Shown in pieces: positions 38,600 to 54,750 of a stretch of DNA of 64,000 nucleotides. Each line of letters opens with the position of its first letter. Positions within the stretch are counted from its first letter, which is position 1. The stretch is taken from positions 89,218,001-89,282,000 of the forward strand of contig OX597816.1 in NCBI GenBank assembly GCA_951406725.2. The letters run 5' to 3'. This DNA is from Octopus vulgaris (lineage: Eukaryota). The translations under genes were made by a program, and so were the position numbers. The notes under the pieces are model-generated. The model saw only the letters and a program-made list of their open reading frames with translations. It ran no database searches and had not been told where the DNA came from.

Positions 38600-40270
38600 G
38601 TGTCTGCGATGCTCCTCCCGCCCTCTCTCAGAAACTGCGTGCTTTTCACTCAGCTGTTCAACTTTTGGAAGACCTTAACCTGGTATGGAATGATACCTTC
38701 GTGAAACAAATGGTCCTTAATTAAGAGAATTCAAAAAAGCTACAGCAAATCCCTTCAACAGAAACTCCTCCAACATTGCATTTCTAAAAATATTATGGCA
38801 CCTTAAGCAGTAACCCTCACCTCTAACTTTGCTGCCCGCTTTGCATCAAATTTCACACTGGACACACTTGACCATCCTCACATACTACATTCCATTCCAT
38901 TCCACCATGCCCTCCATACCACATACATAACATGGCCAAATGCGGAAAATCTATCTGTGGCTTCAAACAAAGTCACTTGACGCTATTTCTTCCATTTCAC
39001 CCTTGCGTTTAGTTACTGAACTCGTCACTTTAACTTGTCACACTCTACAGAATCACGCTTTAGTGTGTCCCATTCCAGCAATAATCATCCAACCTGACGC
39101 AGACAATTGCCCTCCCCTCAAACATATTTAAGGTATTAACAGCTATTAACAATATCGCACTACAAAAACACTCTTTCTCCTTCTCTCGCTTTCCTTCTCT
39201 GCCAACAGTGTCAGCGGAGCCATATCGACTAGTACCTCTCTCTCTCCCTCTCTTTCGCTCTCTCTTCTCTCTCCCTCTCTTATGTCATTTACAAGTCGGC
39301 CGTCGCTTTAGAGAAGATAGATGAAAGAAACATTGTCGTCCTAAATGTCAGATAATCCTTCGATCGTGTCTGGCATGAAAATATACCAAATCTCCCCACC
39401 TATGAGCTCTCACTTTTGGGATAACAAACTTCCTACCTGATCGCAGGCAACACACACATCTCACACCAAACCTACATTAATTTCATAAACAGAGATTTTG
39501 AGAACATCCTTCAGTGAGACCAAATGCGTTCTATCAAGAGCAAAAGAAAAATTTCAAACCCTACTTATATCAAGTATACACCACTCATATATTAAATATG
39601 AGTGGCACACAGGGTCCACACTGTGACTCACTCACTAACCCCTAAGATTTTCTTTTAATTAAAACAAATCCTTAATAAATCTAGGACTACCTCAACAAGT
39701 CCTTCTTTTATGGGCCAGAAACTATTCACTCCACCGCCCCACAGCTGTTGATACCCTACAAGACTAAAGTAAAGGTTACTATAGAGTATTGTTCCTACAT
39801 CTAGGATAATGATGTTGCTATGCTCACAAATGTTCTGGACCGCATCAGAGAAGGGTCACTCGACTAACTGGAATTCAGTCACTAACATATATGCTCTAGC
39901 TTCATAACCGTAAACGTATTGCCTCTTCTTTCTATCTTTTCGATCGCTACTCTGATAGCTTCAGTTCCTAGGAAAAGGCTGGTCTTTTACCTCTACCACT
40001 CAAGCACGCCTGCCCCACACGCCTTTTCACCACCCATCAGTTCTGTTGCGTTGCAGCACTGTATTAGGCATTATGTCAGTCTTTTCTCTCCAGAATATAC
40101 CTGAAAATATTGATCTCATCAGTTTCAGAGGGACATTAATAGTATCAATTCCACCTGCCTCGGAGGGCCTGCACAGGTCCTAGGGAATGCCCTTTTCTCT
40201 ATACATATCTTCCTCCAGTGAGAAAACTATGCTTGGCCTCAGTTTCTTTAGCTGCGAAATAAGTGCCATA
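38600..40270 (+). mobile_element. Highly decayed CR1/Jockey-group LINE relic
   Basis: SFDRVWHE near 39357 (compare KAFDRVWH) and QLLIPYKTKVKVTIEYCSYI near 39741. Boundaries are approximate. Confidence 0.6.
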
Positions 40271-41373
40271 AGGTTGTGAACTGAAGCAGTCATTAGAGTT
40301 CTGGTAGAATGCCTACGCGACCCAATTCACTTTCTTTTTTTATTCCTTCAGTGTGGATAAAAAGTGTTTTAGCGGGATGGTGGGGTTGGGGCCAGAAGTG
40401 TCTGAAAACGACCCCAATACACGGCAGAATTTGTTGCGGCTCTTCGTATTCTGAGTTGAAAGTCAACCCTAGTCGATGATGTTGTAGATTTAATCCATTA
40501 GCCAGTATAGCATCACTACCTGGTATCTTGGATGTCTTTATTTGACTCCAGCCTCCCAGTTGAGAATAACTTTCTCTTACCGTCGCTCCATCTTGAAAGC
40601 TATATGAAGGAACAGCCTAGGCCTGCACCCACCACGGACCAGAATTTTATAATAATACATTGCCTGGTGAAAGTAAACCTTCAATAAACCTTCTCTACAA
40701 TATATTACGAGTTCAACAGAATTTACAGCATTCAATGTCCTAGAATCGCCATTATCGACAGAGTGCTCCATATTTTAGCATCTTTTTGCTATTCATTTTA
40801 AGTCACTTAACCTTCGTAACTGTGCTTGCTAGTCGCATGCCAGCAATTCAATTATATGATCTTCTGGTATATAAGCAGATTGAGCATGTTTGATACATTT
40901 TGTGAGTATAGTAAAAATGTAAATGAAAATTTCTGGTGCTTGGTTCTAGTTTTATGAGCAAGATAGGCGAGAGATAAATACTAAAAGTTAAACATAAGCG
41001 TTTACTGCGAGTAACGTTCCCCAAAATTGAAGTATCTTGTTACGACAGCTAGCAGTAGTGTTGGATGTATTATTAAGTGTAAACCCCAAATACAGGACGA
41101 GACGTGAATGAAATTGGAATGGAGCGTTATCAGATGAAGAAGGTAGTACAAAAACAATATAGAAATATGAAAATCAGTTTTGGAAAAAGAAAAGAAATAG
41201 CAATGCATTACAGATAGAGGAAGAGGAAATATGATGTAACAGCCAGAACGAAATTTATGTGGCTTCTACAGGTAATAAATGTCTCGAGCTGAAATTTGTC
41301 TACGATAAAGGTGAGAAGCAAAGACGAAGATAATCAAGAAAAACTACACAAATACCCATATAAATATAAATGT

Positions 41374-41416
<43 letters not shown>

Positions 41417-41553
41417 TATATACGTACATATATATATATATATATATATATTTATACGTACATATATATATATATATTTCTATATACGTACATATGTATA
41501 TACATATATACATATGTATGTATGTATACGCACACACTCACATATATACACAG

Positions 41554-41646
<93 letters not shown>

Positions 41647-42080
41647 CTTGTGTATGCATATAAATAGTTAACATGAATCAATCGGTTATACATATATAGA
41701 CACATACATTGAGATGATAATACTTCTACATCATATTCTGAAATTCTTGGATATATTAATTACTCTACCTACATCAAAATATGAATAGGAACATGAATTA
41801 TGCACCGTGTTATTAACACACACACACACGCACAGTCGCCAACATGACACTTCGAGCAATAAAGCATCCTCGCTACAAAATGTTAGACTCTGAGCTAGAG
41901 TTGGACATATAGAGAGATTATGAAGGTTTTTCTGGCAACAGTAATAGAATTAGCTTTATGATTACACCAGTTCTGGCGTAGCTGATTTCTGTTGATTCCT
42001 TCATACGTGAATATCAGCATGAATTTGAAAAAGAAAATCGTTTTGAATTCAAAAGTTAAGGTCCTGTTGTAATGTTATTA

Positions 42081-42316
42081 AAAAATAAATGCGCCCTGTA
42101 AAAGCTTTGCCAGGCTCAATGGCCCGATTTCCTGGTTTCTATGGCGTATGTGTTCCCCATCGCAGTATTACTCATTTTTGCCAGCTGAGTGGACTGGAGC
42201 AACGTGAAATGAAGTGTTTTGCTCAAAAGCACAACGCGTCGTCCTGTCCAGGAATCGAAACCACAATCTTATGATCATGTTGCTGACACCCTAATCACTA
42301 AGCCACGCGCCTCCAC
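42081..42316 (-). mobile_element. SINE family B variant (different core, tail 1)
   Basis: Head GGAGGCGCGTGGCTTAGTG...GGTTTCGATTCC, core TTGAGCAAAACACTTCATTTCACGTTGCTCCAGTCCACTCAGCTGG and tail GGGCGCATTTAT. Confidence 0.85.
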
Positions 42317-44457
42317 TGTAATGTCATTAGTTCACTCAAATTTACAGATATTCAAACATAGACAATTGCTAACACAAATACACACACATATGAGTTTATA
42401 GATGTTTGCGTACTTACACATGTAAGTGCATACACACACAGAGAAAGGAAGTGAAGCATACAGATAGCTAAAGAGCGAATAAAAAACGAGTGCTCGGTAA
42501 TGTAGACGCTAAATATTTGAGTTTCTTATCTGAATTATTCCTAGTCACATAAATGTCGATATTTCGGCTATAATGACTGAGGTTTGAGCTGGTCACGTTT
42601 TCTAATAAAGTTGGTTTTCATAGGATAATAACTAAAGCTTGTTCTTTTTAGATAATTTGTGTCACATAATGGAACCCAAGAGAGACCCAAGAGGTGTATT
42701 GTAGTTACTATTTTATAAGTGCTGGACATAATCCGATTTGACTGTGTTTCGTATATTTTGAGAGTATAGTAAAAAATAAGTATAGTAGTGAATGTGGGAC
42801 AATTACTAGGAATAATTTTAATTTCAGTAAAAATATAGTAAAATATTTCGAATAGCATTAGGAATTAACAGTTTAAGCAGTATGGCAGTGATCTTGTTAA
42901 TGTATAATCAAAGATAACAGTTAGAAGATTCTGATAAGGAGTAGCTTTATCTGAGATGTTCCTAACTTATCACGAGCAGGTCATTTCGTTAGCACAGAAA
43001 CTTGTTTGCTTTTAACGACACAAGGAAGTTGAGATTCTGTTTCACTTCCACTATGAGGGAGTGTGTATGAGAAGTGAATCTTTCCTGAGGTACTGTGAAT
43101 CCTTGTAATTTTCCAGTATACCATCAGTATACTGAAAGTAGCGTGTCTTTCTTGACTATTCCTCAGGAAAACCAATATAAACTCGCACCCAATTCATCTC
43201 AGCCAGCAGATTTGTTACTAGCTCGGTATTGATGTTTATGTTCAGATTAGACTTGATTCAGGCGAATTCATGTAATATATGGTATTGAAGCTGCAAAAAC
43301 CACCAGCTGAACGGAAAGGTCAGCTTTGCTTTGCAGGTTCCACTTCCATCAAACATACACACAATTTCAAGCACAAACATGTCCGTGCGTTTTATGTGTG
43401 TGTGTGTGTTTTGTGCTTTGTGTAAAAGTATATATATATACTCTATCTCTCGATTTGACTTTTGTGACGCCGCATACATTTATATTCATTATTAGTGTGG
43501 GATGACCTGATCATTGCTTTGCTGTTTATCTTTGTTCATCGGCTGTTATTTTTCTTTCCCTTCATTTCTTTACTTTTTTGTGGCGTCGTATTTATTTCTT
43601 TCGAATGTACTGATGAGACGTGATGCTTTTAATGTGTTTGCTGTTAATTTTTAAACCTACATGTCAATTTAATTAATACCGTTTGCATAGTTTTTGGGCG
43701 GAGGTGCCGTGATATACATATTGCGTTTGTGAATATTGATCCTTTTTTTAAAAATAAATTATGCTTTGATCAAATATAGGAAATTTTCATACCTTGTTCT
43801 TTGTAAATGTTGGCCTTGTAAGTTAGTAGAACTCATTAAGGATATAATAATTTATAGATATGGTACTGATATTGTGCTTTATCGTGGCTGAGTGATTTTT
43901 GTTGAAAATTCACAGCCAATCAACAAATGCAAAACGGAAAACAATGAACAGAGACGAGCAATATACTGACCGTACACCACATCAACAACTAGAAATGTAA
44001 CAACAAACTGAATTTGAAGTATTCTGCGGGAAGATCCCTTACGAAAATTTAGCTTTCATCAACAAGAAGTTTTTTGAGCTAGAATTCCATTCTATCTTAG
44101 TGGAGTCAACAAGCAACTGTATATGTATGATAGGTAGCTAACGCGGTAAAGCATACAGTGAAATCTTAGTGAGTGGGACGGAGAAAAGGCTAAGCAGGGA
44201 ATGATGTACATTGACAAATGGCGACTAGGATGGGGGTGGGGACTAAGATTTATTGGAGATGAAATGGAATGGAATGTGTATTCCAATAAAACGAAATATC
44301 CACCAATAATGGATTTGTTAATTCCTAATACGTTCTGGCAGATTCGAACGAAAATATCTGATCGCAGTGATACTAAGAACTAGATCATGTTAACTTAAGA
44401 TACATTTTCCTTTGATAAAATGGATCTACAGAAGAAACTTAAGAAAGCAGTCTTCCG

Positions 44458-45761
44458 CTAGAAAAGCACTCGGAGAGTGCAGACCTCCGCCCAGCAGCTC
44501 ATTTCCACTCATATACACGCATGCTGAAAATCGCCCAATTTCCTAAACCAACACTGGAAAAAGTGTAACCTCCTTAGTGGGGGTAAAAAAATAACACAGC
44601 CGTATGATTTTTAAAACAAAAAACTTCTAAAAGCGTGGAATCATCTGAAGCAGTTATAATACATCAATGAAACAGAAAGCTAGTTTCACCATACAAATAA
44701 AGAGAAACAACAATTACCTAAAACTTGGAAAATTAACAGTCGGTTATGGTGACTTGTGGACGCCGATCCTGGTTCACGTAAACATGATCTTGTAGGCTTC
44801 CATAGTCGGTGGTGGGTTTTTGGACTAGTTGGTCGAACCCAAACTGGTTCATACTTGTCAAGATCTCATGGTTTGGGTAATCAAGGAGATCCATGTTAAA
44901 ATCACCTAGAACGATGGTCAGATGATTCCTTGGCAAAGATCTTATAAGATGATGCAGGCTGGTGAGGAAAGGAGCAACTGGTACGGAAGGAGATCTGTTA
45001 ATGGTGATGATATTGATTTTTGCTGACGAGATGATCACCACAGCAGCAGTGTACTCTAAGCCACTGATATTCAAATGTATATCCGTGAGGGCGATCTCCT
45101 GCTTGGCAACAGTCATCACCCCACCTCTACGCCCCAGTGCAGCAGGCCTGTCTGCTCTAGTGATCTTCGGCTGCGGTAGGATAGATGCTATATGTTGAGT
45201 CATGTTCAAAGTAGGACCTGATATTGAGCAGTTTGATCTGCAGTCCTCCATGAGTAACTGTGGGAGCAGTAGAAGGCAAAGTTTCAGACGACGTTTGCTG
45301 TCGAAGGCTGTCCATTTCACGAACAGCAGATGGACTAGTGCGGATTGTTTCGCTGCCGTTTGTTTATGTAGTTTGATCTCCTTGTCTATCAGTTTCTAGT
45401 AAGATAGATACGCGAGTAAAATTACTAATAGAGAAACGGAAATAAACTTTGGAAACAGCAACGCCACCATTGGTTACGTGGAAACAATGAAAGTGTTTTC
45501 AAGGGAGATAATCAAAGAACGTAACATTGTAATACTTCATGTAAAGTAAATATAACAAATGAAAAATCCTTCAAGAATCCATAAAAATTCCCAGATCACT
45601 ACCAAAATTTCATCATCTGTTCCCTGTGTCATTTCCAACTGTAAGTTTCCTCAAATACCGTTCCCAACTTTTTGAGTTATTTTGCACACAGTGGGACAGG
45701 CAGACAGACGGACAAACCAACGCCGATGAAAATATAACCTCCTTCCTTGGCAGAGGTAATT
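44458..45761 (-). mobile_element. Helentron/HINE-like rolling-circle element with an AP endonuclease remnant
   Basis: The 3' end reads GGCGGAGGTCT-GCACTC(TCC)GAGTGC-TTTT-CTAG. The 5' end is a palindrome, TTACCTCTGCCAAGGAAGGAGGTTAT. Subterminal inverted ACCTCCGCC and CAGA-type repeats lie near 45700. Confidence 0.75.
44733..45320 (-). pseudogene. AP-like (EEP) endonuclease domain, truncated before the SDH motif
   Basis: RADR...RGGV, INRSP, IVLGDFN and PTTDYGSLQDHVYV. It ends at TDC*, with no RT downstream. Confidence 0.8.
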
Positions 45762-46158
45762 AAGAATAAATAAATAAACAAATAAATAAATAAAATGTTA
45801 TTTGGATTTTCGCTGTTTTGCGTGCAACCCATTCAAAACATTAGTCAACAAAACAACAAATAACACAGTACAATGGTACAACAATTGCCATCAGGAAAGA
45901 GCACGGTTATACACTTTAGCGATGTCCTTAACTAAATGACAGAGAGTAAAAAGATAAATCTGTTCAGTCGGCAACTTGAAAGCAACAACAAAGGAGAAAA
46001 GGAATGGAGATGTTTGGCATGAGTGAAAGAGGCTGGCTGAGAGCGACAAGAAGCAAAGTAAATAGACATTCTGAAATGGCGTAGCGCAGAAGGAGAAAGG
46101 AAATACAGTGTATCGAATACATTATGTATATATAGTGCAGACTCTGTGTGTGTATATT

Positions 46159-46223
<65 letters not shown>

Positions 46224-46734
46224 ATTGCAAAGGCGCAAAGGCGCCATGAAATCTAATCAAATAATATATGAGTTATAATACTTATTAATTCACAATATTA
46301 CTGCTTTGCTGGAATCTGCTCTGGCATAAGTGTACAAAGAATATGCAATACTTGAAAACCGATTACTTCTGAAAATAGACGTAAAGTCTCTTGCAAATAA
46401 GAAGCATGATTAATTAACATTTCAAGAGATTTCTAGTGAGTTTGCTAATAATAGTCTGATTCCGATATCTTATTTATGTTGTAAACCTCAACTATCTACA
46501 ATATATATCACAAACACAAAAGGATGTTGAATCAATTGGAACAATTTCTTTCCATAAGTTTATCACTTGTTGAAGTACTGCTACACCCAAATCATTTATT
46601 TTATAAGCCGAAACGGCGCACATTCCCTCCTGATGACCCCATATACTGGCTTCCAGTATGCGAAGCTTTCGACTGGTAGCACTTGTACGTGCAAGTTATT
46701 TGCAAAATATATACGTGACAAGCTTTTAGTTACC

Positions 46735-46865
46735 TCCACCAAGTCTATTTACAAGTTGGTGAGCCGGTGGCTAGTCTCTTGCTCATATGGCCACGCTGTG
46801 ATACTACGAGTAAACCCAATAACACATGGTTGGGGAGCAAGTTTCTTAGCCACACAACGACACCT
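46735..46865 (-). mobile_element. Decayed SINE family C head
   Basis: CACATGGTTGGGGAGCAAGTTTCTTAGCCACAC matches 52465-52495. Confidence 0.55.
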
Positions 46866-47059
46866 ATTAGAAACCTTTTGAATTTTTTCAAAAATATGGT
46901 CGCAAACTCAACAAAAGGAACCAATTTTTCTACGCAGATTTCAGCCGTTTTTCACGATAAATTAGGACAAAAAGATCTGTAAAGGGGGAAATGACAATTA
47001 TTCTCAAAATTACAGAGCGAAGGAAAACACATTTTATTTAGAAAGAGATTCCATAAACA

Positions 47060-47258
47060 ACGGTAGCGGCTGATTAGCGACTTTTCGTTCGTCTTTGTTC
47101 TGAGTTCAAAAAATCCGCCGAGGTTGATTTTGCCACTGATCCTTTCGATGTGGATAAAATAAGTAACAGTTAAACATTGGAATCGATAACATCAACTAGC
47201 CCATTCCTCAAAAAATTACAGTCCTTGTTCCTATCGTAAAAAGGATTATTATTATTAT
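47060..47258 (+). mobile_element. SINE family A, decayed, with (ATT)n tail
   Basis: GTTCTGAGTTCAAA, CCGCCGAGGTTGATTTTGCC and GATAAAATAAGTA. Confidence 0.8.
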
Positions 47259-47509
47259 GATTTTCCTTCTTAATATAAGTTTTGTTGGAACTCCTGGAAT
47301 CTTGGGTGCGTAGCGGGCTTGGTGCCTGCAGTCTATGGTACCATGCTATCTGTCCTTTTTAACTTTTTTTTTATACTTTCCTGATTATTCTGGCCGTGCC
47401 AAGGAGATAAACCTTTTGTAACAGTTCTACTTGGCACTCTATTCCGATTGATTTATATTCCTCTTGATGTCATCTGATACTGTCCTAAAGGTCTCAAAAA
47501 TAGGTGGCA
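47259..47509 (-). mobile_element. 3' terminus of an R4/Dong-like LINE inserted in a TAA array
   Basis: LGTVSDDIKRN...ECQVELLQKVYLLGTARIIRKV* followed by a 3' UTR. It is flanked on both sides by (TAA)n on its sense strand. Confidence 0.8.
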
Positions 47510-47690
<181 letters not shown>

Positions 47691-48142
47691 TTGCTGTTAT
47701 CTTTTTTCAATTATGTTTCCATTTCTTACCAAGTGTCTTCCCAACACCTAGTGAGAGTAAATTCTGTATAAATACTTAAATATGATTTCTGATAAAGTTT
47801 TGAGTAAGCACTACACACTTTCTCCTATCAAATACTGTCTACAGATTATTTATGTATATATGCTCATATACAATCATGATTTTTGATGAACATAGAAATA
47901 ATTATGAATATATTTTAACGCCTATTTTGAACACTTTTATGCAAACTGTTTAAACACAAAGCCCCTCTTCACATTTTCTTAACATTGTCAGAGATTCTAT
48001 TCCTGAATTTTAATACATCTATGTTAACCATTTTTTAACACCACAGAGGCTACACAAACCCTTACATTTTACTTTCGAAAATCCTTTTTTAAGTGAAACC
48101 TGTCAAGTCAATCTAAATGACCTCTGCGTTTTGAAATCCTCT

Positions 48143-48221
<79 letters not shown>

Positions 48222-48491
48222 TGTATGTATGTATGTATGTATGTATGTATGTATGTATGTATGTATGAAATACAAAATAGGAGAAGAACGTAAAACATTC
48301 GGACAGTTAGGTGATACAAAAAGGGACAACAAAACATCCAAATAGACGATACAAAGAAAACAAAGATGGGTCATTTGAAGCCCCCAGTCAAGCACCAGAT
48401 TATCATCGCAATTTCGGCTGATTATTCCTGAGATTGCTCCAATATGGACAGCCCCAAGGAAAAAGTAGGCTAAGAGCATTAGATACTACTG

Positions 48492-48645
48492 TGTTTGCGC
48501 CCCCTTAACCTAGCGGTTCGGCAAGACACCCTGATATAATTAAGCACTAGGCTTACAAAATATAAGTCCTGGGGTCTATTTGTTCGAATAAATGTGGTGC
48601 CCTTGCATGGCCGCTGTCAAATGACTGAAAGAGTCAAAAAGTAAA
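48492..48645 (+). mobile_element. SINE family C, 3' fragment
   Basis: TAGCGGTTCGGCAA, CTAGGCTTACAAA, TAAGTCCTGGGGTC and CAAATGACTGAAA. Confidence 0.8.
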
Positions 48646-49383
48646 TCTGTTAAAGTAAGATAACTGTGTTATCTTCATTTTTGCTTAATTTGGACGACTA
48701 TTTATTCACCGCATCCTCTGAATATACATACAATGTATATGTACGCACATTTGTATGCACGTACATATGTATTTACATGAATACGTATGTGAATACATAC
48801 ATGCATATATAAATACATATACGCATATTTATACATGTATGCATGCATTTAGACATACGTACCTACGCACTTATATACATATACATATACATACACTCAC
48901 ACATACATACACATATAATTTTTTTTCATTGGCACTGTTATGATAATTCTGATATTGTCGATTATAACAATGATGACAATGATGATGATAACAATAATAA
49001 AACTAATGATAACAGAGTTAACAATTAGTAGCAATAATACTAATAGGAATAGAAAGAAAAGAGTAAAAATACATCAGGAAATATATACATTGTATTTATA
49101 ACAAAAAGACACCAACATTTGCTATGAAACAGAGAATTAATTGACGGATTACAATCACAGAGGACAACCCATCAATAATAAATGAACAGCACAAGCATTC
49201 ACATAAACGAAAACATAAATAAATGTTCCAAAAATTATACCATGTTTTTTTTTTCTGTTTACCAAAATCACATTCTTTACAACACTTTTTCTTTTTTTTT
49301 TTGTATTTCCTGTTTCTTGACTGATGGATAACTTTTATATTATAAAATTTCAACTGGTTTTCTTTTCTTCGGTTTCCTTTAAA

Positions 49384-51705
<2,322 letters not shown>

Positions 51706-51709
51706 ATGG

Positions 51710-52276
51710 TGTGGGCATGTATGAGTTACAACCGACTCGTGGGGCCATTTTTTATCGAATCGAAAGTGACGTAAATAGGGTCACGAAACTGAAACTTTTA
51801 CAAAACAAGTTCTCCCTAAGTTAAAGGAACAAGAAGACTCTGAAGAATTATAGTGGCAGCAGAATGGTGCTTCCCTACATTATTCACTGGCTGTCCCCAC
51901 ACTAGCTGAACGAAATTTTCCCTGATTGTTGCATTGCGAGGCGAGAGCCTGTGGAGTAGCCGGCTCGCTCACCTGATTTGACACCACCAGACCTTTTTTG
52001 TGGAGTTATTTAAAAGATCGTGTCTATCGTCAAAAAATTAACAGTCTTGAACATCTTAAACAAGTTATTATCGGAGAATGTGGAACAATGCCAGTAGACA
52101 TGTGTCAAAATGTTTCAGTACGGTTACAAGCTTGTGTTGCAATAGAAGGAGGCCCAGTTGATCATGGAAAACGGATTTAACTTAACAATGCATTTGTTAA
52201 CTTTGAACATTTGTGTACTTATAAGCATATTAATGAATATAACTAACAAGTAAGTCATGAATTCTGGCCCACCCTG
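51710..52276 (+). mobile_element. Tc1/mariner (rosa/DD41D-like) transposase 3' half plus TIR
   Basis: WQQNGA, PARSPDLTPPDLFLWSYLKDRVY and RLQACVAIEGG. The terminus is ...GGCCCACCCTG then TA (TIR CAGGGTGGGCC). Confidence 0.85.
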
Positions 52277-52287
52277 TATATATATAT

Positions 52288-52359
<72 letters not shown>

Positions 52360-52362
<3 letters not shown>

Positions 52363-52512
52363 GACGGACTTGTTTAAGTTTCCGAGTATCAAGTCAACTC
52401 ACAAGTCTATGGTCGGCCTGAGGTTTTAGCTAAAAACATTTGCCCAAAATACTGAACTCGAAACCATGTGGTTGGGAAGCAAACTTCTTATCATACAGGC
52501 ACGCCTCAGCCT
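52360..52512 (-). mobile_element. SINE family C, 5' part
   Basis: ACGACGG...CTCACAAG...TTGCCCAA...CCATGTGGTTGGGAAGCAAACTTCTTA. Confidence 0.75.
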
Positions 52513-52661
52513 ATGAGCAGATACATTTATATTGTTTGAATATTATTAAAGTAGACAAATAATTCTTTGTAGTAACTGCTTACAAACTTTTGACTAAGAC
52601 GAGAAGCTCCTGAGCTATTTGACCACACACGTTGGAAAACGCGTTTTCGTATGTGCATATA

Positions 52662-52746
<85 letters not shown>

Positions 52747-53514
52747 TATTATTTTAGAGTTCTTTATTTTATTAATTTATGTTATGTTATACCCAATTCC
52801 CATGATACTTGGTGTCTTACATTGGGAGCGGCCATTTGCACTTGAACAAGAAGGATTAAACCTTATGTCGTAAAGTCATCTACCTTTTTTACTTGTTTTT
52901 ATTACTTTTATTTACTAAGTTTCTAATGTAAGTAGTTGTATTTACTAATTAATCTTTATTATTGATTATTAACTCACATTTGACATAAAATATGTTTTAT
53001 CATACTAGTATTGACAGGGGTATATTTTACACTAAATTATTAATTTCTATAATTTTTGTTTAGATATATTACAAGATTTGATATGTTTCTAATTCAATCG
53101 TTAATAATTTCCTTAGGTAGGCCATTTTCAATATATATCGTAATTGCACTCTAGATATTTAATATATATTTTAATTTTTTTTAAAAATATTTGCAATTTT
53201 TATTTGTAATATGATTTTTAACTTTTAATCGTACATAATAATAATAGCCTGAGGTCGCACTGGAGGATTTATGTATTAAGTATAGCCTTAATACACACCC
53301 CGCCAGCATAGAAACACGTGTAACTATTACTTGTACTACCTTCTTTCCCCACAGATTAATAACAGGTAAGATATATTTGTTTAACTAATTTTATTTTATG
53401 TTATTTTAATTATTGTATTTGATTTAATTTTCTCTGCGTATACAATATCCTGAAATAGGAGTTGCTTATCTATTGGTAAATATCCCAAATTTGTAATTAT
53501 AATATATATATATA

Positions 53515-53824
53515 TCACCGTGATCACCGTGACCGACCAGGCTATCAAATGTTGTTACACATCGCTGGTCACAATGCGCTTCGCATTCTTTTAGCTTTCA
53601 AATGACGCCACCCCGCTGGCTAAGCGAGCAGGCCAACAGTAGAAAGAGTGAGAGAAAGTTGTGGCGAAAGAGTACAGCAGGGATCGCCACCACCACCCGG
53701 CCGGAGCCTCGTTAAGCTTTAGGTGTTTTCACTCAATAAACACTCACAACGCCCGGTCTGGGAATCGAAACCGCGATCCTACGACCGCGAGTCCGCTGCC
53801 CTAACCACTGGACCATTGCGCCTC

Positions 53825-53827
<3 letters not shown>
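53515..53827 (-). mobile_element. SINE family B with tail 2
   Basis: The head and core are nearly identical to the 29860 copy. The 3' module differs and ends in (TA)n. Confidence 0.92.
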
Positions 53828-53894
<67 letters not shown>

Positions 53895-54367
53895 AACACA
53901 CACTCGCACTTCTCTCGCATCTTTCTCTCTCTCTCTCTCACACACACACATGCACACATCAAGTACACTAATGAAAAGTAATATTCGGTACATATGCTGA
54001 ATGCTAAATATTTGTATTAAAAATTTGCACATTAAATTTGTATTACCCAATATTTCACAGAATGCCACAATAGCCTAATTGTCTCTGCATTATGTATAAA
54101 GTTCATTCCAGTTAGTCTGACCGTGAGGTGTGAGGGGACGACTAGCTGGATGCCTGACTGAAGATTGTTAGATGCTGTCGCATCAACTGTGATCCAATAG
54201 TTAAGAGTAATCTCTCTTGCATTCATTTTAATTTCCAATATAATTTGATTAAATTTCAGTATAAATTATAAAATACTGCTATCAATTAATGGTTTAAACG
54301 TAGTTATTCATATACAGGGGTATACATAGATTAATAGTTATATAGCCGTATGGTTATGAGTACAATT

Positions 54368-54750
54368 ACCACTGCGTGGCACCTTGGGAGAGTTCTATCT
54401 ACTATAACCTAGGGCTGACCAAAGCCTTGTGAGTAGATTTGGTAGGCAGAAACTGAAAGAAGCCTGTCATATGTGTGTGTGTGTGTATGTATGTGTGTGT
54501 ATATAAATATTTATGTATGCATTTATGTACCTATGTGTGTCTGTGTTTGTCCCTCTGCTATTGCTTGACAACCGATGCTGGTGTGTTTATATCCCTGTAA
54601 CTTAGCGGTTCGACAAAATAACCGATAGAATAAGTACGAGGCTTACGAAGAATAAGTCCTGGGGTCGATTTCTTCGACTAACACACTTTAAGGCAGTGCT
54701 CCAGCATGGCCGCAGTGAAATGACTGAAATAATTAAAAGATTAAAAGAAT
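54368..54750 (+). mobile_element. SINE family C
   Basis: CCACTGCGTGGCACCTTGGG through CAGCATGGCCGCAG...TGACTGAAA. Confidence 0.9.

Noticed and set aside
41271-41315. 39-nt AG/GT-bounded candidate exon ([12 protein letters not shown])
   Set aside because: The polypyrimidine tract is weak and the peptide is not recognisable. Such sites are expected by chance.
46630-46675. CTGATGA plus ATACTGG/CCAGTAT hairpin as a hammerhead
   Set aside because: It has GAAG instead of GAAA, with no stem I or cleavage triplet.
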